Of a stretch of 64,000 nt of DNA, positions 24,122 through 35,032 are shown piece after piece (position 1 is the first letter of the stretch; the number at the start of each line of letters is the position of its first letter). The stretch is taken from NCBI GenBank assembly GCA_010015585.1, contig ML975181.1; one strand, written 5' to 3'. The translations under genes and the position numbers were made by a program. The notes beneath the pieces are model-generated. The model saw only the letters and a program-made list of their open reading frames with translations, had not been told where the DNA came from and ran no database searches. Origin of the DNA: Eremomyces bilateralis CBS 781.70 (taxonomy: Eukaryota).

Positions 24122-25799
24122 ACTCGATTCTCCGATCGTCGACACCTGGCGACGTTTCCCGACACCCACCGAGGGATTCCTTGCCTTCGAGATGTATTTT
24201 AGGATTCACACACATTGCTACGGAGTATCTGTCCGTTGGTTTCTCCACCGTCGTGGTTCCTTGTCTTTGACGCTCCCTCACTCTTCTATCTCACCGACCA
24301 CCACCGAACGAGAACCGCACCGATCTCAGCCCACAGCCCCCTCCGAATCCATGTTTTTGCCTCTCCTCGTCCCGGCCGAGCGTGCGGTTTAATTTATTGG
24401 TACTGGTGTGGTGTTGCTCGGATCGGTATGGAACTGAGGATCTTTGGCGAATCGGATGGGGAGGAAATCACCCTTCTCACACACACACTTCTTCTTCTCT
24501 CACACACCGTATACATAGACACGGGATTCTGCGAGGATGGCACACGCACGCGGCGAAAATGGTCTGCGAGAGATGCGTGGAAAAGCGGCATTTATTGGAG
24601 GAGGGGATAGACGATCCCTGAAATGGGGCCGATGATGGATGGATTGCGCCTGGCATCAGTTGACTCCAGAAACGAAGAGGGAGTGGAGGAGTTGAGTGTA
24701 CAATGAACGGAAGGCGACGCAAATGCATACAAATATATATACCGGTATCAATCACGGCAACGGGAGCGTAATGGCATGAGTTCTTTCTTTTCTGGCATGC
24801 GTATGATGCGTTCTTGGTCGCTCTGGGACTCGATGTCGACGTTGATATTAGGGGAATACCTCTTGAAGTTCGGTACCGTATCTCTCTGCCTGATATCCGG
24901 ATGATTTCTGTCCCTATGCACCACCGTATAGAGGGTCAGTAAGGTAATACATTATGTTGGTCCATCTGAACGCCACGGATGTGTGTCTTCCAATCAGCCA
25001 GTGCGACTCGTAGTAACCCCCAGACGTCATCCGTCGCAGCTCTCTAATTTCCGTGGGCCACCTGCAGAACCCAGCGTCATTCCAACTTATGCTATTTTCA
25101 ATTGCGGGGAAATATAGCAGATAGGCGTATTAATCCGATCAGACCATTCTATTTACTAGTGTATTCGTGTTGATTCTCGCTGGAATTGGCAGTTCAGAGT
25201 TGGCTCCACTCGACTACCACCTAACCTCCACCCACCTCAGGCTGAATTCAGTTTATTCCTCCGTTCCACCTCCCTCCGATACTACCTTACTTCCACTAAG
25301 ATCGTGAGCAATTCCAGCGTCAACCCTGGCGTCCCTACCTCTCGGCCTCGAACCACAACCTCTCATCCCTTCAACCGACAATCTCCACCTAAGCAGCGCG
25401 CTCTCCACGATCACAACGACCGCAGAACCCCGCACCGCGAAGAGCAGGAAATTCCGACTCCAGGTCGGCGCGTCTTTGCCTTTCGGACACCCCAGGCAGC
25501 TTCTCTCCATCGCCGTCGTTGTTCTTTTAGTAGCCGCGCATCTTCTCCTACCGCTATTCAGGTTCAGCGAAGAAAGAGCCCGGGACGCGGAGGTGCTGAC
25601 ACGGCAGTTTGAGTCGGCGGACGGAGGATCCGGGAGTCGTTGCCAGAGGGAAAGAGGCGTGGGGTTATTACGCGAGATAGCGATCCCTGTTGGGGACTAC
25701 AGTTCTGATATCGAGGGATCGTGTCCGAATTCCGGAGATCGAGAGACGGAGCATACGTGCAGTTACAAAGCAAGTGACAGACGATCGGAAGAAGCGAAT

Positions 25800-27429
25800 A
25801 TGTCGTTGGCAGAGGCAGCGAAGCGGGTGGCGGCGGAGTTCGAGTACCCGGCGGTGGAGGTGAATCGAGGGGTTAAGGAGTTTCTGAAGGAAATGGGTGA
25901 GTCTTAGTGTCCGTTCTACCCACTATGGGTGGCTCAGTACAATCCGAGGGAAGATAGGCAGGGCTAATAGGTTCTACAGAGGAGGGATTGGAGAAAGATG
26001 GCACGAGCCTGAGCCAGATCCCGACATATGTCACTGCGGTCCCCGATGGCACTGAAAAGGTATGATCAACATCCGTCAGCCTACACGAAGAATCTACTGA
26101 TCTCCACAGGGCCTGTACATGGCCGTCGACCTCGGCGGCACCAACTTCCGCGTCTGCTCGATCCGCCTCCACGGCAACAGCACCTTCTCCCTCACGCAAT
26201 CCAAGATCCCCATCCCCCAATCCCTCATGACCGCCCCCGCCGCACACGACCTCTTCGCCTTCCTCGCCCAGCAGATCGGCCTCTTCCTCGAAGAACACCA
26301 CGGCGAGCACTACGAAGGCGTCCGCAGCTGCAAATCTGCATCCGGCGCCCCCGGCTACAAGAACGAGGAGATCTTCAACCTGGGGTTCACGTTTAGCTTC
26401 CCCGTGCAGCAGAGTGGGATCAACCGCGGCACGCTCATCCGCTGGACCAAAGGCTTCGACATCCCCGACGCGATTGGGAAGGATGTGTGTAAGCTGCTGC
26501 AGGACGAGATCGACGCGCTGCACCTCCCCGTGCGGGTGGCGGCGCTAGTGAACGACACGGTGGGCACGTTGATGGCGCGGTCGTACACGGCGCCAGGGAA
26601 GACGACAACGTTGCTGGGGTCGATCTTTGGCACGGGGACGAACGGCGCGTACGTCGAGCGACTAGACGCGGTGAAGAAGCTCGTGGCAAAGAAGGACACA
26701 TCCGGTTATGATCCGTCGACGGGGCTCATGATCGTCAACACCGAGTGGGGCTCCTTCGACAACGCGCTCACTGTCCTCCCCGACACGCCGTACGACCGCG
26801 CACTCGACGCCGGGTCGGTGAACCCGGGGATTCAAATGTTCGAGAAGCGCGTCTCGGGGATGTTCCTCGGGGAGATCCTCCGCCGGGCACTAGTGGCGAT
26901 GATCGCGGACCCGGAGGTGGCGCTATTCGCCTCCGCGCACTCGGGCACTAATGAGCTATCCAGCACAACGAGCATCTACAAGGGGAGCAAGCTGCTCGAG
27001 ACGTGGGGGGTCGGGTCGGACTTTTTGAGTGTGTGCCAGACGGACGATAGCGCGGGGCATGGGTCGATTCGGCAGACGCTCGTGAATCAGTATGGGCTCC
27101 ATGCGCCGAGCGCCGGGGACGCGGCGGCGGTGAAGACGGTGGCGGCGGCGGTGGGGCGGCGGGCGGCGCGGTTGGCGGCGGTGGCAATCGCGGGGGTGGT
27201 GTTAAAGTCGGGGCGGTTGGAGGGAACGGACGAGATCGACGTTGGGGTGGATGGGAGCTTGGTGGAGTTCTATCCTGGGTTCGTGGAGGAGATTCGAGCG
27301 GCTTTGGATGAGGTGGAGGGGGTGGGGGAGGAGGGGGAGAGGCGGATACGGATTGGGATTGCGAAGGATGGGAGTGGGGTGGGGGCGGCGTTGATTGCTT
27401 TGGTGGCGGGACGGTTGGGGGAGAGTTGA
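25800..27429 (+). CDS. glkA: Glucokinase (hexokinase family, GlkA/Glk1 type)
   Basis: QIPTYVTAVPDGTEK|GLYMAVDLGGTNFRVC, LGFTFSFPV, LIRWTKGF, ALVNDTVGTL, IFGTGTNGAY, NTEWGSFD, FEKRVSGMFLGEI, VDGS and DGSGVGAAL. Introns ~25897-25979 and 26060-26110. Confidence 0.93.
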
Positions 27430-27598
27430 GGTGAGGGTGGTATGTGATATGATGAGAGTCGGGTATGAGGAACTAAGACAACGGCAACGCTTATCATTGT
27501 ATGCTTATTTGGTTTAACCATTCTGGTTGGATATTCATCCTTTTCGTCCATGTCATCTAAATCACCCCATGCAGTGGATTCCCACTGATATATCCCCC

Positions 27599-28453
27599 CT
27601 AACATCCACATTCCCTCCCCTCCACCTTCTCCCTACCCCCTACCCCCCTCACCAAATCTCCCGGGCCCACTCCCCTCCGCACCACCACCGCCCCCTTCGG
27701 CCTCAGCCGCTGATAATACCCTTCCTCTCTCCCCACGACCTTAAACCCCCGCTTCGCATACCACGCCAGTCCCTCCTCGTTCGCCTCCCACACATGGGCG
27801 CGGATCGCGGCCACCCGCTGCTTCCTCTCTACTAGGGACGACGGCAGCGCCACCGCGGCGCGCAGCGCGGCGTCGAGGAGGTGCGTGGCGAGGCCGTGAT
27901 GGCGGAAGGGGGAGAGGACGCCGATGGTGGAGATGTAGAGGATGAGGTCTTGGGGGGTTTGGGGGGTCGAGGAGGGTGGGCTGCCGGGCAGGAGTTTACA
28001 GCGGATGGCGCCAACCATGCGAGGTTTGGAGGGGGTAGTGGAGGTGTTGCGGGACTTGGGAGGGTCGTGCCAGAGGACGGCGAAGGAGAGGCGGCTGATG
28101 AGGGGGTCGGTGATGGTTTCTTCGTAGGTGGTGTTGGAGTAGGGGATGGGGAGGAGAAGAGAGTTCAGTCGCTTATATTGCTGCAGGAGGTCGCGGGTGA
28201 GAGGGACGAGAGAGGCAGTCTCCGGGAGTCGCTGGCTGGGTTTCAGGACCAGTGAGCCCGTCAGGCGGTCGGGGATATCCCCGGCCTCATTTTTAAGGCT
28301 ATCGGACTCTTCCTCGCTGTTTCCAGGCTTTGGAAGTGGTTCGAGAGGGATCGCGGGGTCATCTTGAGGGACTCGGGGGAGGGCGCTGGTGGGTGGAGGC
28401 TCGGAGACGGTTGGGGGCTTCCGGAGCCATGTGGAGAGGGACGTCTGGCGCAT
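27599..28453 (-). CDS. GNAT N-acetyltransferase, NAA50/Nat5-like
   Basis: KRLNSLLLPIPYS, VGAIRC, LYISTIGVLSPFRHHGLATHLL (acetyl-CoA motif A), AHVWEANEEGLAWYAKRGF, YYQRL. Confidence 0.85.
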   Translation of the reverse strand: MRQTSLSTWLRKPPTVSEPPPTSALPRVPQDDPAIPLEPLPKPGNSEEESDSLKNEAGDIPDRLTGSLVLKPSQRLPETASLVPLTRDLLQQYKRLNSLLLPIPYSNTTYEETITDPLISRLSFAVLWHDPPKSRNTSTTPSKPRMVGAIRCKLLPGSPPSSTPQTPQDLILYISTIGVLSPFRHHGLATHLLDAALRAAVALPSSLVERKQRVAAIRAHVWEANEEGLAWYAKRGFKVVGREEGYYQRLRPKGAVVVRRGVGPGDLVRGVGGREKVEGRECGC

Positions 28454-28802
28454 TGGTGAATGTACCAGTCATATTGTCGGAGAAACCACCAGTTTAACGG
28501 TGTAGGACATGGTGATATCCATTGGAGGAGTTGGTAACGTGAAAGGGAGACTTGGAGGAGGTCGAGATATCTCATAAGGCGGGAGATGCACGTGAATGAG
28601 AGTTCCTTAGTGAAAGTTCCTTAGTGGCGGGCGGTTGGCCTGGTAATAAACAATTCGATATTCCGCGTCCTCCACCACCATCTTCAATATCAACTTCAAT
28701 ATCAACTTCGTCACATTGTCGCATACCGCTATCCTCCATCAAGACGCCAAGAAATAACACCATTGGATTTTAGAGTGTTATTTGCTTGTTCATTTGTCCA
28801 AT

Positions 28803-30306
28803 ATGGCAACACATTTCCGGGGCATGCAAGTCCATGCTGTCCCAGAGTCAGAACGCGCAACAGATGCGAACGGTCGGAAACTGCCCTGGGCATATGAGTA
28901 CGCTGAGTATGTTAAACTTTCCTCTTTCACCTTGAAGTTTCCCTCTCTGTTCTCTTTCTTTCATTATCGTAGTCTGATTCCTGCACTCCACCCTCCCTGC
29001 CATGGCCGACGACCAGACTCGAGCCGGCCATTGGCGCCTCAACCAAATCCTTTACTCCTTCCCCTTCTACAACGCCCTGTGGCAGACCGACCAGGGAGCA
29101 AGAGCTGATTACTTTCAATACAGTGCTGACGGCGTCCATCCACGGATACCCGAGGAGCGGGGACCCTTCGGAAAGCCCGTCCAGTCCAAGGCTCGGAGCA
29201 CGACTCGACGGACCACTCCGGCGAAGAGCAAGGAAGACAAGTTCAAGGAGGAGAACAAAAAGTTCGAGGACGACCTCTTCAATAGCCTGAAAGACAAGGA
29301 GCGGAAAAAGGCGCAGACCATGGCCGCGCGAGATCGACGGGCTGCACCACCGATCACCAATGTGGCAGCTCCTGGGGTTGTCGAAAGTGCAACGGCTCAG
29401 AATCAGCACGAGAGGACGCAACCAACGAACGGAGAACCCACCGAGGTCGTTCTATATGGCTTCCCCCCACAATTTCAATACGCGGCGATCGAGTTCTACG
29501 AGCGCGTCTCCAGCGGCATGATCTACGAGGACTACGACCGCCACCCACCGAACTCGAAATACAGCCTCTCCCTCACCGTCGGCCGCGCCCAGATGCTCCC
29601 CAAACTAACCAATGACGCCCTGCGCAAACGCAACCAATACCGCGGCGGCGACACTTGGATCAAAATCACATTCAACTCCCGCAACGCCGCCGAGCGGGCC
29701 TGCCACTACTCCCCGCACACCATCCACGGCTACCGCATCCACGCCGAGCTCTACCGCGGCCACCCCCCCACCGTCCCCGACCTCCCCATCGCCGCCACCC
29801 CGCAAACCACCCACCTCATCACCCAGATCTCCCCCTCCAACACCATCTCCTCATCCACCGCCGCCTCTGGCACCGCGACCGGCGTCGACCTCAACCCGCA
29901 CCCTTCGCCCATGGACGACGTGTTCATGACCGACGCGCCCTTCGAGCTCCGCGAGCGCCCGACCGACCCCCGACCACGACCCTCCACCGACCCGCCGGCG
30001 CCCCCCGCCGACTCCCGCCGCGTGAAGTCCAAACCCGCGCCAAAAACCCGTATCGAGGGTGCCAAGCGCGCGGTCCTCCGTCCGGCGTCCGAGGCGCTGT
30101 TGCCGGCGCGGTCGCGGTGGTATCGACTGGCGCAGCGACTCCCGATTATGAGCTCGTTGGTGGGGAAGGATCTGATCGGGGGGGAGGTGCCGCGGTTGGA
30201 GGACGGGGGGTTCGATTGGGGGAATGCGAGTTTGTATTGGAAGTTTTGGGCGAGTGTGGATTGGTGGGTTGGGACAGATTTTTGTGGGATTAAGGGGGAT
30301 GATTGA
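28803..30306 (+). CDS. Nup53/Nup35-type RRM domain protein
   Basis: Exon 1 MATHFRGMQVHAVPESERATDANGRKLPWAYEYA, intron 28907-29123, RRM-like EVVLYGFPP...WIKITFNS..AAERAC..SPHTIHGY.IHAELYRG, and an amphipathic Trp-rich C-terminus (WKFWASVDWWVGTDFCG). Confidence 0.6.
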
Positions 30307-30672
30307 GTGGGTGGAGGGTGATGGTTTCGGGTGGTGTCATGGTGCATTCTGGTTGGCATTGATGGGGCGTAATATTTTGGTTTGTGAATATGGGCTGGAT
30401 CGAGGGGTGAAGGGCCTCTGTGTAATACCCATATCGATAGATGGAAACGCAATCTCGAATCTGTCTATAAAACGCTGGGCATTTGCTTGATCCAGTTGCT
30501 TGAATTCATTCCAAAAATCGCCGTCTCTGGCCCTAGACACCTAAAACTCCCCCTTCTAATCCAAGGACGAGCGTCGGTGTATCAACACAGTGTATCGACA
30601 CATCATCCAACGGTTCTGCCCCCCCAAAATAGGTAATCACAAAAGTCCGCCATTCTGGCCTGCACGATCTCA

Positions 30673-31417
30673 TTATTTCGAGCTCGACACCCCCTCTTTG
30701 ATCGCCACGGCCTCCTCCTTCACCGCATCCTCCACCTTCTCCATCCCCGTCTTCTTCTTCTGCGACTGCTCGTAGATCAAGATCCGCGTTACCTGGGTGG
30801 TGCCGACGAGGAACAGGAACGCATTGACGGCCGCGAGGCTGTAGATAACCAGTCAGTCCGTCGTATACTCCACCGTGAACCCACCCCCGAGAGGGTTTTG
30901 TCTGGAATCGGACAGGGAAAGAAGGGGCACGCACAAGTAGTTCTTCGGCCTGATGATCAGACACCAGCGCGTCCAGATCGCTCCGGTCGCCATCAACGCC
31001 GCGTTCTGCGTGAGGGAAAGGTTCTCCGCCGGTCGAGCGAAGTCGGCGACGCCGGCGAGGACGAGCGCCCACTGTGATAACTCAATCAGCCATGTTCACC
31101 TCACCTCTCACCCCCAAAAACGAGACGAGCGTGTTTCCATCCCGGTGTTCACATACCTTCATCACCGGCGCCCTATATCCATCGTTAGCTTGATATTCTT
31201 ATATGCCTCTTTGATTTGATATCGCCGCTACGCACCAGAAATGCACCGTCTTCGGCCCAATCGGACCAGTCATCCACTTCATGATCGCGCTCTGCTCTTG
31301 CGCCGGGGACGCGGCGTCGGTCTGCACTCGGCGGCGGAGCAATGGCTGGCGGAGGGTGGTGCGGAGGGGGGATGTGGTCATGGAGGACCGGAGGCCCATG
31401 GGAATTCGTGGAGGCAT
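30673..31417 (-). CDS. MPC2: Mitochondrial pyruvate carrier subunit 2
   Basis: Presequence-like N-terminus, GPKTVHFW|APVMK|WALVLAGVADFARPAENLSLTQNAALMATGAIWTRWCLIIRPKNYL|LAAVNAFL. Three introns; stop at 30673-30675. Confidence 0.92.
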
Positions 31418-31800
31418 GGTGATGGGCGTGGGGGGTTCGGTCGAAGGAGGGAGATTGTATTTTTTGGGGGGAGGGAGAGGAGAGGGGGTGAATTGGTGAA
31501 TTGGTGGAGGATGTCGAAGTATATGTCTGGAGTCGGGATCGGAGCAGAGTGAGTCGTCGGGTTTGTGCCGGAGTTTTGGGGGAGCGAAACTGAAGATTGG
31601 ATTTGATGACACCTGAGGCCATAAGGCACATATGTAGCTTTCGAGATCCTTGGCGAAGGAGACGACAGACATGATTCTTCCGACTTCGTCCATGAATTAC
31701 CGCGCAACGGCACTGGAGTTTCCGCAATTGGCACGTCACAACTCTCCGTGTCCATCTCATCTTCTCGGAGCTCGTCCACAGATCCCACCGCATAACCAGC

Positions 31801-32415
31801 ATGGGTGCAGGCAATTCCAAGCCCGCCTCGGATGCGAGCCAACATGTTTTCTCCGCGTAAGTCGTCTCCCACCGTCCCGACATCACCGCTAACCACTGTC
31901 TCATCAGCGATTCCCCCGTCCGCTTCTCGCATGATCTAGTCGAGTCCCTCCAAAAAAGCCCCCAGGTAAGTCTCCCCCCTCGCCCTCTACTCTCTAAACT
32001 TCGAACCACCGGCTCATCCGCAAAACAGTCCGACTCAATACGCAACCAAGCCCTCGAACTCCACATCCAAACCCGCCTCGCCTCCGAGCTCGAAAAAGCC
32101 CAAGCTGACTCCGCCGCCCACCTTGCCCAGCTCTCCACCCAGCTCTCCTCCGCCTCCGCCTCCGACTCCTCCGACGCGCCGGACGTCGGCCGGGAGGTGG
32201 TCGCAAAGGAGATCGCGTCGCTGCGGACGAAGTTGGCTGGGCGGAAGAAGGTGGAGGAGGTGAATCCGAGTGTGGAGGCGGCGCAGGCGGCGGTGGTGCG
32301 GTGTTTGCGGGAGCATGATCGGCGGCCGTTGAATTGTTGGGAGGAGGTGGAGGCGTTTCGGAGGGAGGTGGGGACGATGGAGAGGGCGTTTGTGGAGAGG
32401 ACGGTGGGGTCGTAA
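31801..32415 (+). CDS. MIC19: MICOS subunit Mic19 (DUF1690 / CHCH-like)
   Basis: Myristoylation-type start MGAGNSK, HVFSA|DSPVRFSHDLVESLQ, ALELHIQTRLASEL, and C-terminal VVRCLREHDRRPLNCWEEVEAF. Introns ~31857-31907 and 31966-32028. Confidence 0.88.
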
Positions 32416-32564
32416 GGGAGTAGGTTGGGGAGGTTGTGATGTTGAGAGGGTTGTCACGACATGTGTATATTGCAAAATTGGATGGAGGCATCCGCGTGAA
32501 TCGGAAGCAGCGAAGATGGCTGCGGTCATGAAAGCATTAGTGTATTCGTATGGACATTTCACAT

Positions 32565-34576
32565 TCAAGCATCTAGCTCCAACTTCTCTAGTAGTTGGTC
32601 CAGCTTCGTCAGCAGGATCCGGTAGTCCATCGCCTCCTGGCTGAACTCGTCACCAGCGATTTTCCCGTCAAGCGTCCTGATCACCGTTCCATCAAGGGCG
32701 TCCGACTTGATCACTCCATTAGCAGCAACGCGCGTCGGCGGAATAGCGTCGGATGGTGCGTATCGCTCTGCGGAATCGATGCCACGTTCCTCTTGGAATT
32801 GCCCTTCTGTAGCATCCTGTGCATCCCCGGCCGATCCCTCTAAATCGTCCATCATCTCCTCGAGGCCGGCCTCTTCGAATCGTAGGCGGAATCGTTCGGA
32901 GAGATAGAATCGAATACTATCAAGGTAAGCGTTGATCATTCACGAACGGGAGCCGACTTACTCGTCAATCAGTTCAACCGTATCGGTCTCCTGCCTCGAC
33001 TGGATCCTCGCCGCCGAGTCCTGAACCATTTCCGCAAACTCCTCCGTGTCAATATGGCGCTCTAGTCTATACGCCAAATATCTAGCTCCAAACTCTTCTA
33101 ATTGAGGGACGCGGGTATCCCATCCCGCGCGAATAACCTCGTAAATATCTATGACCCCATCATCCTCGTCAGCACGGCGACGTTTCTCCGCCTTCCCCGT
33201 GACCGCATCACCGCTCCCCAACGTGCTGATGATCACCGCCGTCTTGTTCTTCAGCTTGTCGATGAAGAGCTGGTCGGCGGCCCACAGCACGTCGACGGCG
33301 AGAGACAGGGGGATGTCGGCCTTTTCACTGTACAAAAACGCAAGCACAATCTCCAGGACGTCAGGGGGAAAATCCACCGAAATGATCTGCAGGTGCTCCG
33401 TCTCTTGTGCTTCTTTGAAGCCGGACGAGAACATGATAAGGAAGTATTCGGCGCGGATGAGCATGGCTTTGTGAACGGGGTACAATATGGATCTTCGTGG
33501 TCGTTTTGATGGGGATACCGGACCGACTGGGATGCCGTTTAACGACCCCTCTGTGTTGCGTATCCGTGGAGTGGTTGTACCCGAATATGATTCTAAATCG
33601 TTGTCCTCCTCTTCCACTAGCTCATCCGCCTGAAGCAGGACATCTGCGAATACTTTATTGTTCCTACCCCACCGAACGTCTTTCGCCCTCGACGTCTCGA
33701 CCTCGACCTTGTTCGCTAGCACACTATCATTCAACCAGACTTCAAACCGCTGGCGACCCAGCGCCAGGTCATCCGTCCGTCGTTGCCGCACGAACCGTAG
33801 ATCTCGTTCCATGATACTCTCGAAGAGGGACTCGGTCTGAAATAGCTGGCTGAGTTTCTCCACCCCCGTCAAGATTTTCTGCTCTTCCTCGCCATCGCCC
33901 AGGTCCGCCGCCACATCACCAAAGTACAGATACCGCACCGCAATCTCCAGCGACCGCGACGGGATGGTGTTTGGCAGCCGCCACGAGACCGTCTCCGGCG
34001 CCGCGGCGAACGTCTCGGCGAAGTAAGGCGACCGAGCGGCGAGCACGAGCTTGTGCAGTCGGAACGTACAATCCGTGCAGACCAGGGTAATGTCCGACGT
34101 ACGCGGGGTGTCGCGTGAGAGGAGCGAGGTGACGTGCGCGGCGAACGGTTGCAGTGGATCGGTGGATTTCGAGAAATGGTAGGAACGGAGGAGATTTCGT
34201 ATTCGGTCGTTCAGCGCATTGTGGAGACATCGCTCACCCTGGTGCGTATCGCGCTCACAAATCGCACCAGACTCAAGAAGCAAGTGGGCCACTTCGTAAT
34301 GGCCGCAAAGACTCGCCTTGGAGCACAATATTAGTATTTGATATTGGAACCAAAACCGCCGATTTCGCTTACCAGAATCAACGGAGTGTAGTCATAGCTG
34401 TCTCTGCCATTGATATTCACGCCCTCTAATATTTTCTCCTGGCAAATCTTCAGATCGCCTCTCCGACATGCTTCACATAATTCATGGAAACTCTCGCTTT
34501 CGTCGAGAGGATTGTCGTCTCTCAATTTCCCTGCAGAGACATCCTCATTTTCTGTGGAGAGCAGCTGTGAAATCAT
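32565..34576 (-). CDS. Ankyrin-repeat + double BTB/POZ domain protein (btb3/YIL001W/ABTB1-like Cul3 adaptor)
   Basis: LCEACRRGDL, D.YDYTPLIL|ASLCGHYEV, GERCLHNALNDRIRNLL, FRLHKLVLAARSPYF, YPVHKAMLIRAEYF, RQETDTVELID|SIRFYLSERF. Introns ~34315-34371 and ~32918-32980. Confidence 0.88.
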
Positions 34577-35032
34577 GCTTCTTCAAGAACATTTCGGATT
34601 TATATTGATATTTCCACCCAAGACTTTATACTCAAGACTTTGTGGTCACTTTCAACTAGAAATATAGACGGAACTCGATACATGTAGTCTGGCTCAGTGT
34701 CGTGGGGTGATCAAGTCGAATCTCTAAGGCCAAAACGTGGGGCAGTCAGGCATCCAGGGTCCCTGATGATGATGTAATCCTTGCAAGACTGAAACATCAG
34801 GCAATTAGGCACCAAGGCCGCCATCCTGTTGTTGCGCTGGCGACAGACCCCTGCAAACAGTAAACATTGAATGCAGCCATGTCCATCCTATCCCTCATGT
34901 ACCTCACCATTGCATTCATTCCACATCTCAGCACGATCCGAACTAACATGCCTTTTTAGCATGCTTTGGTCTTAGACGAATTATTCTCCTCAACAATTAC
35001 ATTCTCCTTTTGCATTGTCACTTCCCTTCATC

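Noticed and set aside
23400..25790. Many overlapping 60-165 aa ORFs
   Set aside because: Low-complexity translations, no motifs; best explained as UTR/intergenic sequence in GC-rich DNA.
28601..28709. Two short direct duplications (AGTTCCTTAGTG x2; CTTCAATATCAA x2) in the GNAT/Nup53-like divergent promoter
   Set aside because: Consistent with slippage duplications; no evidence for function.
29605..30452. Long antisense and alternate-frame ORFs over real genes (also at 7467-8419, 22458-23516, 36675-37496, 43778-44339, 58575-59143)
   Set aside because: Expected shadows of C/G-skewed codon usage that depletes stop codons; P/R/G-rich nonsense translations.
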